Of a stretch of 64,000 bases of DNA, positions 45,589 through 55,771 are shown in pieces. Positions within the stretch are counted from its first letter, which is position 1. The number at the start of each line of letters is the position of its first letter. A program made the translations under genes and the position numbers. The notes beneath the pieces were generated by a model. The model was not told the DNA's origin, ran no database searches, and was given only the letters and a program-made list of their open reading frames with translations. The stretch spans positions 117,590 through 181,589 of the forward strand of contig CACOJO010000001.1 of NCBI GenBank assembly GCA_902627595.1, read 5' to 3'. The DNA comes from an uncultured SAR86 cluster bacterium (GTDB lineage Bacteria; Pseudomonadota; Gammaproteobacteria; Magnimaribacterales; AG-339-G14).

Positions 45589-48500
45589 TAGCTTACTTTT
45601 AATTTTTGGTTATTTGTTTCCATCAATACTCTTTTGAAGTCTATTGGCATAACTTTTCTAAAGTTGGCCAATTCCAAGTTCCAATTAGACAAAATCTTCT
45701 TGGCAACATCTGACTTAGTATATCTGTGGTGTTTTGTAATGAGGGTTTTTAATTCTTCTTTGTCTTCGTTTATAACAAGTTTTTCTAAATCGAAAGTACT
45801 CATGTTGCAATTCTTTTTAAAATTATTTTTTGGATCATAAACGTAAGCAATACCGCCGCTCATTCCAGCACCAAAATTTCTACCAGTTGGACCTAAGATT
45901 ACTGCTCTTCCACCAGTCATATACTCACAGCCATGATCGCCAATCCCTTCAACAACCACTTTTGCGCCACTATTTCTTACACAGAATCTTTCTGCAGCTA
46001 TTCCTCTAAAATAGGCTTCGCCATCGGTTGCCCCGTAGAGCGCAACGTTACCTAAAATTATGTTTTCATTTGGAGTGAAACGACTATCAGCTGGAGGATA
46101 GATGATTAATTTACCTCCTGAGAGACCTTTACCTACATAATCATTTGCATCTCCTTCTAAAGAAAGAGTCATGCCTTTGGTTGCCCAAGCTCCAAAGCTT
46201 TGTCCAGCAGAACCGGTGAGATTAAATCTTAAGGTATCATTGGGTAGGCCAGCAGCCCCCCATGATTTGGCTACCTCGTTGGAAATAATTGTGCCAAATA
46301 CGCGATTGGTATTTCCAATTTTAGAGTTAATAACAATTCTTTTTTTTGTTTTGATGTGATTCTTGATTTTTTTTAGTAGTTTCATATCAAGAGATTTTTC
46401 TAAATTATGATTTTGCTTTTGAGTATTGAAGACCTCAGTATCTTTGTAAATTATTTCGGCTGGAGAGAGAATTTTTGAAAGATCCAATCCATCCCTTTTC
46501 CAGTGATCTATAGCTTTATCCATTTCAAGAAGATCAACTCTACCAATCAAATCATCTAGTTTGGTTACTCCAAGATTTGCCATGATCATTCTTAATTCTT
46601 TTGCCACCATGAAGAGGTAATTTACGACATTTTCTGGACTACCTTTAAATTTTTTCCTTAGTTCTTTATCTTGGGTAGCAATTCCAACTGGGCAGGTATT
46701 TAGATGACACTTTCTCATCATAATGCATCCTAAAGTTACAAGTGGAGCAGTAGAAAAGCCAAATTCTTCAGCGCCTAATATAGCTGCTATAGCAACATCT
46801 CGGCCGGTTTTAAGCTGACCATCGGTTTGCAGAACAACTCTTGATCTTAAGTTATTCATGACCAGAGTTTGATGAGTTTCCGCGATTCCCAGCTCCCAAG
46901 GAAGGCCAGCATGTTTGATGGAAGTTAGAGGTGACGCACCTGTGCCACCGTCATGTCCAGCTATCACTAGATGATCTGTTTTTGCTTTCACAACTCCAGC
47001 GGCAATAGTACCTACACCAATTTCAGAAACGAGTTTTACGCTAATTCTTGAGCTTCTGTTAGCATTTTTCAAGTCGTGAATTAATTGAGCAATGTCTTCT
47101 ATTGAATATATATCGTGATGAGGAGGAGGGCTAATTAATCCAACTCCAGGTGTCGAATGTCTAATTTTTGCAATGTATTTATCAACCTTTGTACCAGGAA
47201 GCTCTCCACCTTCTCCAGGCTTTGCACCTTGAGCTATTTTGATTTGCAATTCGTCGGCATTTGTCAAATACCACATGGTGACACCAAACCTGCCAGAGGC
47301 TACTTGTTTGATTGCGGATCTTTTGGAATTACCATCTTCAAGAGGTTTAAATCTGATTGGATCTTCTCCACCTTCTCCTGTATTAGATTTTCCACCCAAT
47401 TTATTCATGGCAAGAGCAAGAGACTCGTGAGCTTCGGTTGAAATTGATCCGAGTGACATCGCTCCTGTCGCAAATCTTTTTACAATCTCTTTTTCTGGTT
47501 CTACTTTATCTAAAGGTAAAGGATTTTTAGAAAATTTAAACTTCATTAAGCCTCTCAAAGTACTATTTTTTGTAGTTTCTTCATTGGCATGATTTGAGAA
47601 GTTCCAGTATGCAGATTCATCATTATTTCTTGCTGCAATTTGAAGGGCTGAAATAGACTTGGGATCCCACATATGAGAATCACCCCCGTTCCTCCAGTGA
47701 AAATCACCAGGATTTGGCAAAGAAGTAACATTGTTTTCTAGGCTTTCAGGAAAACCCATCAGATGACGTCTTTCCATTTCTTCGGACAAAATGTCGAAGG
47801 TAACACCCTGAACTCTACTTGGAGTACCTGGGAAAGACTTTTCAATAATTTCATCTGAAAGTCCTACAGCCTCAAAAATTTGTGCTCCCTTGTAGGATTG
47901 TAAGGTTGAAATCCCCATTTTTGCCATGACCTTTAACATTCCTTTGGCCACTCCTTTTTTGTAAGCCTTAACAAGATCAGAAGAATTATTTAGATTTTTA
48001 TCTTCTAGAGCCCCATCTTCTAAAGATTTTTCTAGAACTGCAAAGGCCAGATAAGGATTTATTGCGTCAGCACCATAACCTATTAATAAACAATGATGAT
48101 GTACTTCCCTAGCTTCACCGGATTCTAAAACAATGCCTATTTGAGTTCTTTTCTCTTTTTTAACTAAAAAATTATGAACTGTTGAACAGGCAAGAAGGGT
48201 ACTTAAAGCCAATTTATCTGAAGTAATGTTTTTATCAGACAGAATAATAAATGAGTATCCTTCGTCGATCGCCTTTGAGGATTCTTTGCAAATTGAATCT
48301 AAAGCTTTTGTAAGTCCTTTTTTCCCCAAACCTTTTTTGTAAGTTATATCTATGGTTTTTGATTTGTATCCTTTAGTTTTTATAGACCTTATTTTTTCTA
48401 GTTCTTGATTTGAAAGAATAGGATGCTCTAGTCTTAATCTTTTGACATTATTTTCATCAGTAGAGAGAAGGTTGCCTTCAGGACCTACCAAGCATTCCAA

Positions 48501-50147
48501 AGACATGATGATTTCTTCTCGAATTGAGTCTATTGGGGGGTTGGTAATTTGGGCAAATAGTTGTTTAAAGTAATCGTAAATCATCCTAGGCTTATCAGAT
48601 AAACAAGCCAATGCTGCATCATTTCCCATAGACCCTAGGGGATCTCTTAACTCTGTTACTAAAGGAAGCAGCATGAATTCCAAGGTCTCAGTTGTATATC
48701 CAAAAGCTTTCATTTTTGAAATCAAATCAGAAACTGCATATTTTTTTGATCTATCTGGCAGATCGTCTAATTCAATGATTTGATTGCTATTCCAATCTCC
48801 GTATGGATGCTGATTAGCGACTTCTTTTTTTATTTCTTCGTCAGAAATTAATTTTCCTTTCTCAAAGTCGATTAAAAACATTTTACCTGGTTGCAACCTA
48901 CCTTTTCTTAAGACGGTTTTAGACTCAACTTCAAGGACGCCAACTTCAGAAGCCATGATTACTTTGTCGTTGTCTGTAACATAAAACCTGCTTGGTCTAA
49001 GACCATTTCTATCTAAGACCGCTCCAACCTGTGTGCCATCGGTAAAAACTATTGAAGCTGGCCCGTCCCAAGGCTCCATTAGAGAGGAAGAGTATTGATA
49101 AAAGTCTTTTTTAGCTTTTGCCATATTTTTATCGTTTTGCCATGCTTCAGGAATCATCATCATGACAGCCTCGGGCAGTTTTCTACCAGTCATAATCAGG
49201 AGTTCTAAAACATTATCGAAACTTCCAGAATCTGAGCAATCCGGTTCGGCTATTGGAAAAAGTTTACTTATTTTATTCTTATAAAAATTGCTAGACGCCT
49301 TGCCTTGCCGAGACTGCATTAGATTCATGTTGCCTTTTAATGTATTTATTTCTCCGTTATGACACATATATCTGCATGGCTGAGCTCTATCCCAAGATGG
49401 AAAAGTATTTGTGCTAAATCTTGAGTGCACCATCGCTAGATGGGTTTCAAAAGATTTATCTTCTAAGTCTGGGAAAAAAGGAAAAAGTTGAGAGGGTGTT
49501 AGCATGCCTTTGTAAACTATTAGTCTTGAAGACAAGCTGCATGCATAAAACATCAAAGCTTGAGAAAGATTGCTTTCCTGTCTTAATTTTTTAGTAAATA
49601 TTTTTCTTACAAGATAAAGTTTTCTTTCAAAGTTATTTTGGTCGATATTCTTTGGAGCCTTGATAAAAATTTGCTCAATGCCGGGCTTGCAATCTAAGGC
49701 GGCTGGACCCACGTCTGCTTTTTTTGAATCAGTTGGAACTTGTCGCCAGCCTAATAATTCAAGTTTTTCTTGTTTTAAAACATTCTCAATAGTTTTTTTG
49801 CAGAAATTTTTCTCAGACTGTTTCTGGGGTAAGAAAATATTTCCTACAGCATAATTTCCTTTTTCAGGAAGATTTATCTTCAGTTTTTTTGCCTCTTCTT
49901 TAAAAAACTCATGTGGCAAAGCTAAGAGAATCCCTGCGCCATCTCCAGTATTTTCTTCAAAACCACAACCGCCTCTGTGATCCATTCTTGAATTGATGAT
50001 GTATGCGTCATCCATGATTTCCCTGGAAGGCACACCTTTAATATTTGCAACAAGGCCAACTCCACAAGAGTCTTTTTCAAACTCTGGATCATAAAGACCT
50101 TGCTTTTTTGGCCTGACGTCTAAATTTTTAATATTTTTTTTCAGCAC
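45588..50147 (-). CDS. gltB: Glutamate synthase large subunit
   Basis: DSCGVG, HSRFSTNTFPSW, EPWDGPA, QGAKPGEGGELPG, CIMMRKCHLNTCPVG. Confidence 0.97.
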   Translation of the reverse strand: MLKKNIKNLDVRPKKQGLYDPEFEKDSCGVGLVANIKGVPSREIMDDAYIINSRMDHRGGCGFEENTGDGAGILLALPHEFFKEEAKKLKINLPEKGNYAVGNIFLPQKQSEKNFCKKTIENVLKQEKLELLGWRQVPTDSKKADVGPAALDCKPGIEQIFIKAPKNIDQNNFERKLYLVRKIFTKKLRQESNLSQALMFYACSLSSRLIVYKGMLTPSQLFPFFPDLEDKSFETHLAMVHSRFSTNTFPSWDRAQPCRYMCHNGEINTLKGNMNLMQSRQGKASSNFYKNKISKLFPIAEPDCSDSGSFDNVLELLIMTGRKLPEAVMMMIPEAWQNDKNMAKAKKDFYQYSSSLMEPWDGPASIVFTDGTQVGAVLDRNGLRPSRFYVTDNDKVIMASEVGVLEVESKTVLRKGRLQPGKMFLIDFEKGKLISDEEIKKEVANQHPYGDWNSNQIIELDDLPDRSKKYAVSDLISKMKAFGYTTETLEFMLLPLVTELRDPLGSMGNDAALACLSDKPRMIYDYFKQLFAQITNPPIDSIREEIIMSLECLVGPEGNLLSTDENNVKRLRLEHPILSNQELEKIRSIKTKGYKSKTIDITYKKGLGKKGLTKALDSICKESSKAIDEGYSFIILSDKNITSDKLALSTLLACSTVHNFLVKKEKRTQIGIVLESGEAREVHHHCLLIGYGADAINPYLAFAVLEKSLEDGALEDKNLNNSSDLVKAYKKGVAKGMLKVMAKMGISTLQSYKGAQIFEAVGLSDEIIEKSFPGTPSRVQGVTFDILSEEMERRHLMGFPESLENNVTSLPNPGDFHWRNGGDSHMWDPKSISALQIAARNNDESAYWNFSNHANEETTKNSTLRGLMKFKFSKNPLPLDKVEPEKEIVKRFATGAMSLGSISTEAHESLALAMNKLGGKSNTGEGGEDPIRFKPLEDGNSKRSAIKQVASGRFGVTMWYLTNADELQIKIAQGAKPGEGGELPGTKVDKYIAKIRHSTPGVGLISPPPHHDIYSIEDIAQLIHDLKNANRSSRISVKLVSEIGVGTIAAGVVKAKTDHLVIAGHDGGTGASPLTSIKHAGLPWELGIAETHQTLVMNNLRSRVVLQTDGQLKTGRDVAIAAILGAEEFGFSTAPLVTLGCIMMRKCHLNTCPVGIATQDKELRKKFKGSPENVVNYLFMVAKELRMIMANLGVTKLDDLIGRVDLLEMDKAIDHWKRDGLDLSKILSPAEIIYKDTEVFNTQKQNHNLEKSLDMKLLKKIKNHIKTKKRIVINSKIGNTNRVFGTIISNEVAKSWGAAGLPNDTLRFNLTGSAGQSFGAWATKGMTLSLEGDANDYVGKGLSGGKLIIYPPADSRFTPNENIILGNVALYGATDGEAYFRGIAAERFCVRNSGAKVVVEGIGDHGCEYMTGGRAVILGPTGRNFGAGMSGGIAYVYDPKNNFKKNCNMSTFDLEKLVINEDKEELKTLITKHHRYTKSDVAKKILSNWNLELANFRKVMPIDFKRVLMETNNQKLKVS

Positions 50148-50171
50148 ACATTACCTACATCTCTTTTAGTA

Positions 50172-50217
50172 ACATGCCCTTTTAACGCATGGACGATGCG
50201 CCACTTTTAAGGCATGT
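50172..50217 (-). promoter_or_regulatory. GC-rich hairpin in the gltB 5' leader (candidate cis-regulatory RNA)
   Basis: On the minus strand ACATGCC...CGCAT-CGTCC-ATGCG...GGCATGT: nested stems about 25 nt upstream of the start codon. Confidence 0.5.
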
Positions 50218-50272
50218 GATATGCCCCCCATTTAAAAGGAATATCAATTTATCAGAATATAGAAGTGAATTT

Positions 50273-50289
50273 TGCACCAAAATAGTGCA
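50273..50289. promoter_or_regulatory. NtrC-type binding site upstream of gltBD
   Basis: TGCACCAAAATAGTGCA versus consensus TGCACCA-N3-TGGTGCA (one mismatch). Confidence 0.7.
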
Positions 50290-50300
50290 TATAACTTTTG

Positions 50301-51389
50301 CTAATAAAATAAGCTATTTTTTATAGCATTTTCTATTTTTGAGTTATTAGCAATACCCATAATTTGAGCTTTTCCTAATTTCTCTAAAAGAATAAATCTA
50401 AGAAGATTTCTTTTCTTTTTTTTATCTGATTGCATCAACTTAATGAGCCTTTTAGGATTTATTTTTTTCTTAAGTTTTGTAGCGATACCTGATTTTTTGA
50501 TAATAGAATGAACCCTTTCATAGGCATCTGGCTCTAAATTGGAATTAATTTCTGAAAGTTTAACTGCTGCAAGCATACCTAAGGCTACTGCTTCTCCATG
50601 ACTATAAAGTTTATTGTCTCCAATAGTTTCCAAAGCATGCCCAAAAGTATGTCCAAAATTTAAAATTGCGCGAAGTCCTTCTTCTTTTTCATCTTTAGAA
50701 ACAACAGCAGCCTTAATTTCAATCGATCTTTTTATGGCATGTTCTAAAAATTTAGGTTTTAAAGCTAAAACTTGTCTTAGGTTTTTTTCAAGCCAAGAAA
50801 AAAATCTTTTATCTGAAATAAGCCCATGTTTGATTACTTCCATTAGACCACACTGAATTTCTAACTTTGACAATGTTTTTAGAAATTTTGTATCTACAAT
50901 TACTTGTGATGGTTGGTTGAAAGTTCCGATCATATTTTTAAATCCTTTATGATTGACCCCTGTTTTTCCTCCAATGCTGGCGTCGACTTGGGATAACAAA
51001 GTAGAAGGGATTAAGACAAAATCAACTCCTCGTAAAAAAGTTGAAGAAATGAAACCGGCTATGTCGCAAGTAATTCCTCCACCTACACCAAAAATAATAC
51101 AATCTCTAGAATAGTTATTTCTAATTAGAAAGTCATAAACTCTAGTTAGATATGCCATATTTTTATTGCTTTCAGATGCATTAATTTTTATTGAATTAAT
51201 TTTTTTTGAGGAAGAATTTTTTAAATTTCTTTTCAATTTATTTATTAGAAATTCCGGGACTTTACTATCCGTTATCAAAAAGACATCCTTTCGAGATACT
51301 AATTTTTTTAGCGGTATTGAACCAAGAAGATCATGACCAATCTTGATATCATAATTTTTTGAATTCGTTTTTACTCTGATGATTTTCAT
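50301..51389 (-). CDS. aroB: 3-dehydroquinate synthase
   Basis: GGGITCD, QVDASIGGKTGVN, LNFGHTFGHALE, HGEAVA. Confidence 0.95.
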   Translation of the reverse strand: MKIIRVKTNSKNYDIKIGHDLLGSIPLKKLVSRKDVFLITDSKVPEFLINKLKRNLKNSSSKKINSIKINASESNKNMAYLTRVYDFLIRNNYSRDCIIFGVGGGITCDIAGFISSTFLRGVDFVLIPSTLLSQVDASIGGKTGVNHKGFKNMIGTFNQPSQVIVDTKFLKTLSKLEIQCGLMEVIKHGLISDKRFFSWLEKNLRQVLALKPKFLEHAIKRSIEIKAAVVSKDEKEEGLRAILNFGHTFGHALETIGDNKLYSHGEAVALGMLAAVKLSEINSNLEPDAYERVHSIIKKSGIATKLKKKINPKRLIKLMQSDKKKKRNLLRFILLEKLGKAQIMGIANNSKIENAIKNSLFY

Positions 51390-51889
51390 TTTCTTAAAAA
51401 ATTAATTATTTTTTTCAAAATTTCTTCCTCTTTTAGATTATCCATAGAAATTTGTATCTGCGATACTTCTTCATACATATTAAATCTCTCTTTATATAAT
51501 TTTCTTAATGTATTCAAAGCATCGCCATTATTAAGTAAGGGACGTTTTGAGCTAGCCTTGGTTCTTTCATGTTGTCTTTCTACAGAAGAGTCTAAAAAAA
51601 TAACTTTGCTTTCCTTTTTTAAGAATAAACGATTTATATCTTTTTCAACTATTCCACCTCCAGTAGCAATCACAACATTATTCAATGGATGAGTATTATT
51701 TAAGGCTTCTGATTCTTTCAAACGAAAATAATTTTCACCTTTTTTTTCAAAAATCTCCTTTATTTTCAGTCCTTCAGCTTTCTCAACCAATTTATCAGTA
51801 TCGTAAAATTCATATCCCAACTTCTCAGATAAATCTTTTCCGATTGTGGATTTACCTGTTCCCATGGGACCTACTAAAAAAACCTTCAT
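51386..51889 (-). CDS. aroK: Shikimate kinase
   Basis: GPMGTGKSTIG, GENYFR, ATGGG, RPLL. Confidence 0.95.
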   Translation of the reverse strand: MKVFLVGPMGTGKSTIGKDLSEKLGYEFYDTDKLVEKAEGLKIKEIFEKKGENYFRLKESEALNNTHPLNNVVIATGGGIVEKDINRLFLKKESKVIFLDSSVERQHERTKASSKRPLLNNGDALNTLRKLYKERFNMYEEVSQIQISMDNLKEEEILKKIINFLRK

Positions 51890-51933
51890 AAACTAATCTC
51901 TTAGACTAAAATATTGAAATAAGTTTACCTTAA

Positions 51934-54333
51934 ATGATGCTTTATCTATTCAAATCAAAAATCTTTTATTTGCTTTTAGTTGTGGTACTTCTTCCAATTC
52001 AGTTTTCCTTAGGAGTTTATTTGTATTTTGCATCAGAAATTCCATCATCTACCGAAGTTGCATCTGTTGAGTTACAAGTTCCTTTAAAGATTTTTACAAA
52101 AGATGAAAAGCTTATTGGTGAATTTGGAGAAATTCACCGTACTAAATTAAGATTTGAAGAAATACCTGACACCTTTGTAAAAGCATTTCTAGCTGCAGAA
52201 GATAGTGACTATTTCAATCATACAGGCGTTGATCTTTTTAGTTTAATTAGAGCTGCTTACCAGTTTCTGAGAGAAGGAGAAATTGTAAGCGGAGGTGGCA
52301 CTATTACTATGCAGGTTGCAAGAAATTATGTTCTTACTAAAGAAAGAACTTTTGAGAGAAAGCTAAAGGAAATTTTTACTGCTTTGAAAATAGATTTTTC
52401 GTTTACTAAAGAAGAGATATTTGAGCTTTATGTAAATCAAATTTTTCTTGGTAATAGAGCCTATGGTATTAAAGCCGCGGCAGAAATTTACTACGATAAA
52501 AAATTAGACGACCTAAATCTTGCTCAATATGCAATGATAGCCGCTCTTCCAAAAGCGCCATCAAGAATTAATCCACTTATAAATCCAAGAAAGGCTATCA
52601 ACAGAAGGAACTATGTCCTAAGAAGAATGCTTGCATTGGAGTTTATTGATCAAACGCAATTTGAACTTGCATCAAGTGCACCAGTTACAGCCTCATATTC
52701 TGGAATATCTCCAGAAGTAGAGGCCGATTATTTAGCAGAAGAAATAAGAAAATATATTATTCAGAATTATGGTCTTTCAGCTTATAAAGACGGTTATCAA
52801 GTTTTTTCTACACTTGATTCAAAATATCAATCTGCTGCAAGAGAGGCAGTAGAAAAGGGAATTGAAGATTATGAGGATAGACATGGATTTTCAAAACCTG
52901 AAAATCATGAATATTTAATACCAAAAAGCTTTAAAAATAGATCAGAATTTTTTTATGCATTTGCATACGACCCATTTTCTTATTTAGATGAGTTTGGAAT
53001 AGAACTTGAGACTAAAAATCCCTTTTATAAAACTATGAAGTTCTTAGAAGGACAGGCTGACTTTAAAAGTTATAAACCAATAATTTTGATTTCTGTTGAG
53101 AATGAGAGGCTTCTTGCATTAAACAAAGAAGGACAAATAGAGAATATTCTTTTTAATGATTTAAAAAAATCAATAAGACCAAGAATTAATGAAAATAGAA
53201 AAGATAAAAAATTGACTAATTTTTCAGATTTTTTTGAGAGTGGAGACCTTATTTGGCTTGCTAGAGAAGAAAATCAAGAAAATTCGGTTAAGATATCCAT
53301 TCACCCAAAAGTCCAATCTGCTTTGGTTAGCCTTAATCCATCTTCAGGCGAAATTTTGGCTTTAGTTGGCGGTTACAATTTTAGAAATAGTCAATTTAAT
53401 AGAGCGATTCAAGCAAAACCTCAATTAGGTTCAAATTTTAAACCATTCTTATACGCAGCAGCATTTGAAAACGGCTTTAGTCCAGCATCAATAATTATTG
53501 ACTCTCCTTTGGTATTTGATGATCAGAATTTAGAAGAAATATGGAGACCAAGAAATGCAAGCGGTAAATTTTATGGACCTACTAGGCTCAGAGAGGCTCT
53601 AGTTCAATCGAGGAATGTTGTCAGCGTTAAACTTCTTCAAGAGGTTTCAATTAAAAATACTAAAGAAGCTCTGGAAAAATATGGATTTCTTAGTGAAGAA
53701 CTTCCAGATGATTTATCTCTAGCTTTGGGCTCTTACGGGGCAAGTCCTCTAAAGAATGCTGAGATGTTTTCTATTTTTGCAAATGGCGGCAAGAAAATTG
53801 TTCCTTATTTCATAGACAGAATACTTTTTCCAGATGGAAGTGAGATTAATTTTTCAGAAGAAAATAAATTTGAAACAGGAGATTATTTATCTCAATGGCA
53901 TGGAACTTATAAAAATGAAAGTGAGAATTTTGACATAGACCCCAGAATTGCTTTTATGGTTAATGACATTTTAAAAGAGGCTGCACAAAGAGGTACAGGA
54001 AGAAAGATAAATGATTTAGGAAGAAAAGATTTTGCGGCTAAAACAGGAACTTCTAATGATGCTGAAAGCACATGGTTTACTGGATTCAATGAAAACATTT
54101 TAACTACTGTTTGGTTTGGATATGATAATCCATCTAGCTTGGGAGATAACGAATTTGGCAGCACGACCTCTTTACCGATTTGGCTCGAATATAAAAAACA
54201 AATTATTGACAGCATACCAAAAGGAAAATTCAAGAAGCCTGCAGGTCTAATCGCAAGAAAAATAAATTTAGAAACTGGAGAGCTTGCAAAACCAGAGGAT
54301 AAAAAAGTTAAATTTGAGCTTTTTCTCAACTAG
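51934..54333 (+). CDS. mrcA: Penicillin-binding protein 1A
   Basis: AEDSDYF, TITMQVARN, RKLKE transglycosylase motifs; SNFK, SRN, KTGT transpeptidase motifs. Confidence 0.95.
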   Translation: MMLYLFKSKIFYLLLVVVLLPIQFSLGVYLYFASEIPSSTEVASVELQVPLKIFTKDEKLIGEFGEIHRTKLRFEEIPDTFVKAFLAAEDSDYFNHTGVDLFSLIRAAYQFLREGEIVSGGGTITMQVARNYVLTKERTFERKLKEIFTALKIDFSFTKEEIFELYVNQIFLGNRAYGIKAAAEIYYDKKLDDLNLAQYAMIAALPKAPSRINPLINPRKAINRRNYVLRRMLALEFIDQTQFELASSAPVTASYSGISPEVEADYLAEEIRKYIIQNYGLSAYKDGYQVFSTLDSKYQSAAREAVEKGIEDYEDRHGFSKPENHEYLIPKSFKNRSEFFYAFAYDPFSYLDEFGIELETKNPFYKTMKFLEGQADFKSYKPIILISVENERLLALNKEGQIENILFNDLKKSIRPRINENRKDKKLTNFSDFFESGDLIWLAREENQENSVKISIHPKVQSALVSLNPSSGEILALVGGYNFRNSQFNRAIQAKPQLGSNFKPFLYAAAFENGFSPASIIIDSPLVFDDQNLEEIWRPRNASGKFYGPTRLREALVQSRNVVSVKLLQEVSIKNTKEALEKYGFLSEELPDDLSLALGSYGASPLKNAEMFSIFANGGKKIVPYFIDRILFPDGSEINFSEENKFETGDYLSQWHGTYKNESENFDIDPRIAFMVNDILKEAAQRGTGRKINDLGRKDFAAKTGTSNDAESTWFTGFNENILTTVWFGYDNPSSLGDNEFGSTTSLPIWLEYKKQIIDSIPKGKFKKPAGLIARKINLETGELAKPEDKKVKFELFLN

Positions 54334-54910
54334 GAAAAATAGCTTTTTTTAAAAAACTCCATTGATCTTGCCATGATGAGCTAAGATCTTTTTTGAATTT
54401 ACTCCTTACAAAAGATTGAATTTGGCCTTCTAAACAAGATAAAAGCAAGTCACAAGATGAAGCTAAATTTAAATTGAGTTTCTTCTTAGTTTTTCTTTCA
54501 TAATCTTGAAGAGACTGCCTTATTTCTATGTTTATTTTTTCAAAACAATTAGAAACTTTATCTATTATTTTTATTTCGTCGGCCGTAAATACTTCTCGGG
54601 TGAGAATTCGAGAAAAGCCTTTGTTAGTTTCACAAAATTTCAATACAAGCGAGATTAATTGGCCCGGAAAATCTTCTGGCTTGGTTTCCTCCCTCATTGC
54701 TACTAATCGTGTAAAGATACTCTCTTCAAAAAAAATCACTAATTCTTCATATATTTTTCTTTTACTTGGAAAGTGTTTGTAAATGGCTGCTTCGGTAATT
54801 TCTGATCTTTTGGCTAACTCTGCAGTTGTGATTTTCAAAAGATCTCTCTCTTCAAGCATGGCTGCTAGAGATTGCATTATTATAAGTTTTCTTTGTTTTT
54901 TCTTTTCCAT
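54326..54910 (-). CDS. slmA: Nucleoid occlusion factor SlmA (TetR family)
   Basis: IMQSLAAMLE, KITTAELA, EAAIYKHFPSK, FVRSKFK; follows argB. Confidence 0.88.
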   Translation of the reverse strand: MEKKKQRKLIIMQSLAAMLEERDLLKITTAELAKRSEITEAAIYKHFPSKRKIYEELVIFFEESIFTRLVAMREETKPEDFPGQLISLVLKFCETNKGFSRILTREVFTADEIKIIDKVSNCFEKINIEIRQSLQDYERKTKKKLNLNLASSCDLLLSCLEGQIQSFVRSKFKKDLSSSWQDQWSFLKKAIFPS

Positions 54911-55771
54911 TTACTTACTTATCCAAGTACCGACTCCTTTATCAGTCAAAAGCTCTATCAATACAGAGTGAGGCACTCGACCATCAACGATGTGAGCATT
55001 TTTTACTCCTTTCTCTAAACAATCAATCGCTCCTGTTAACTTAGGGTACATACCTCCTTTTATATTTTTTTTGTCTTTTAAAATCTTTTTTGCCTCTTTT
55101 AAAGTCATTGTAGATATTTTTTTTCCTTCCAGATCTTTTACTCCTGAAATATCTGTGAGCAGAATTATTTTTTCAGCTTTTAATGAAGCTGCAATTTCAC
55201 AAGCTACAAAATCGCCATTAATATTCATCGGTTTCTTTTTAGAGGTCCATCCTATAGGAGAAATAATAGGAATTTTTCCTTCTTTGATGCAAGCTAAAAT
55301 TTTTTTTCTGTTTATTTTTTTAATTTTTCCTACTTCGCCAAGATTTTTTTTATCATCTTTTACTGCATTGATAGGAGAATTTTTCTTACCTACAAGTCTG
55401 CTAGTTTTTCCTCCCCAAAATTGAATTAAATCTGAAATACTCTTATTTATTTTGTTATCAAGAACTTTTTGTACAATATCTATCATTTCTAAGGAGGTTT
55501 TTCTTATTCCATTAATAAATTCGAATGAAATTTTTTTAGTATTGAGTTCTAAATCTATTTGAGGACCTCCACCATGAATTAAAACTGGATGAATTCCTAC
55601 AGTTTTCATAAGCACTAAGTCTCTTGCAAAGTTTTTTTGTAAAACTTTATTTTCCATGGCATTTCCACCATATTTAATGACAACAATTTTGTTATTAAAT
55701 TTTCTTATATAAGGTAAAGCTTCAGTCAAAACCTTAGAGATATTTATTGCATTTTTCTCAGAAATACTCAT
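54911..55771 (-). CDS. argB: Acetylglutamate kinase
   Basis: EALPYI, VIKYGGNAM, HGGGPQI, GGMYPK, DGRVPH. Confidence 0.95.
   Translation of the reverse strand: MSISEKNAINISKVLTEALPYIRKFNNKIVVIKYGGNAMENKVLQKNFARDLVLMKTVGIHPVLIHGGGPQIDLELNTKKISFEFINGIRKTSLEMIDIVQKVLDNKINKSISDLIQFWGGKTSRLVGKKNSPINAVKDDKKNLGEVGKIKKINRKKILACIKEGKIPIISPIGWTSKKKPMNINGDFVACEIAASLKAEKIILLTDISGVKDLEGKKISTMTLKEAKKILKDKKNIKGGMYPKLTGAIDCLEKGVKNAHIVDGRVPHSVLIELLTDKGVGTWISK

Noticed and set aside
50166-50231. 21-codon upstream ORF (MGGISHALKVAHRPCVKRACY) in the gltB leader as an attenuator peptide
   Set aside because: No Glu/Gln codon run and no ribosome-binding site; more simply a by-product of the GC-rich hairpin.
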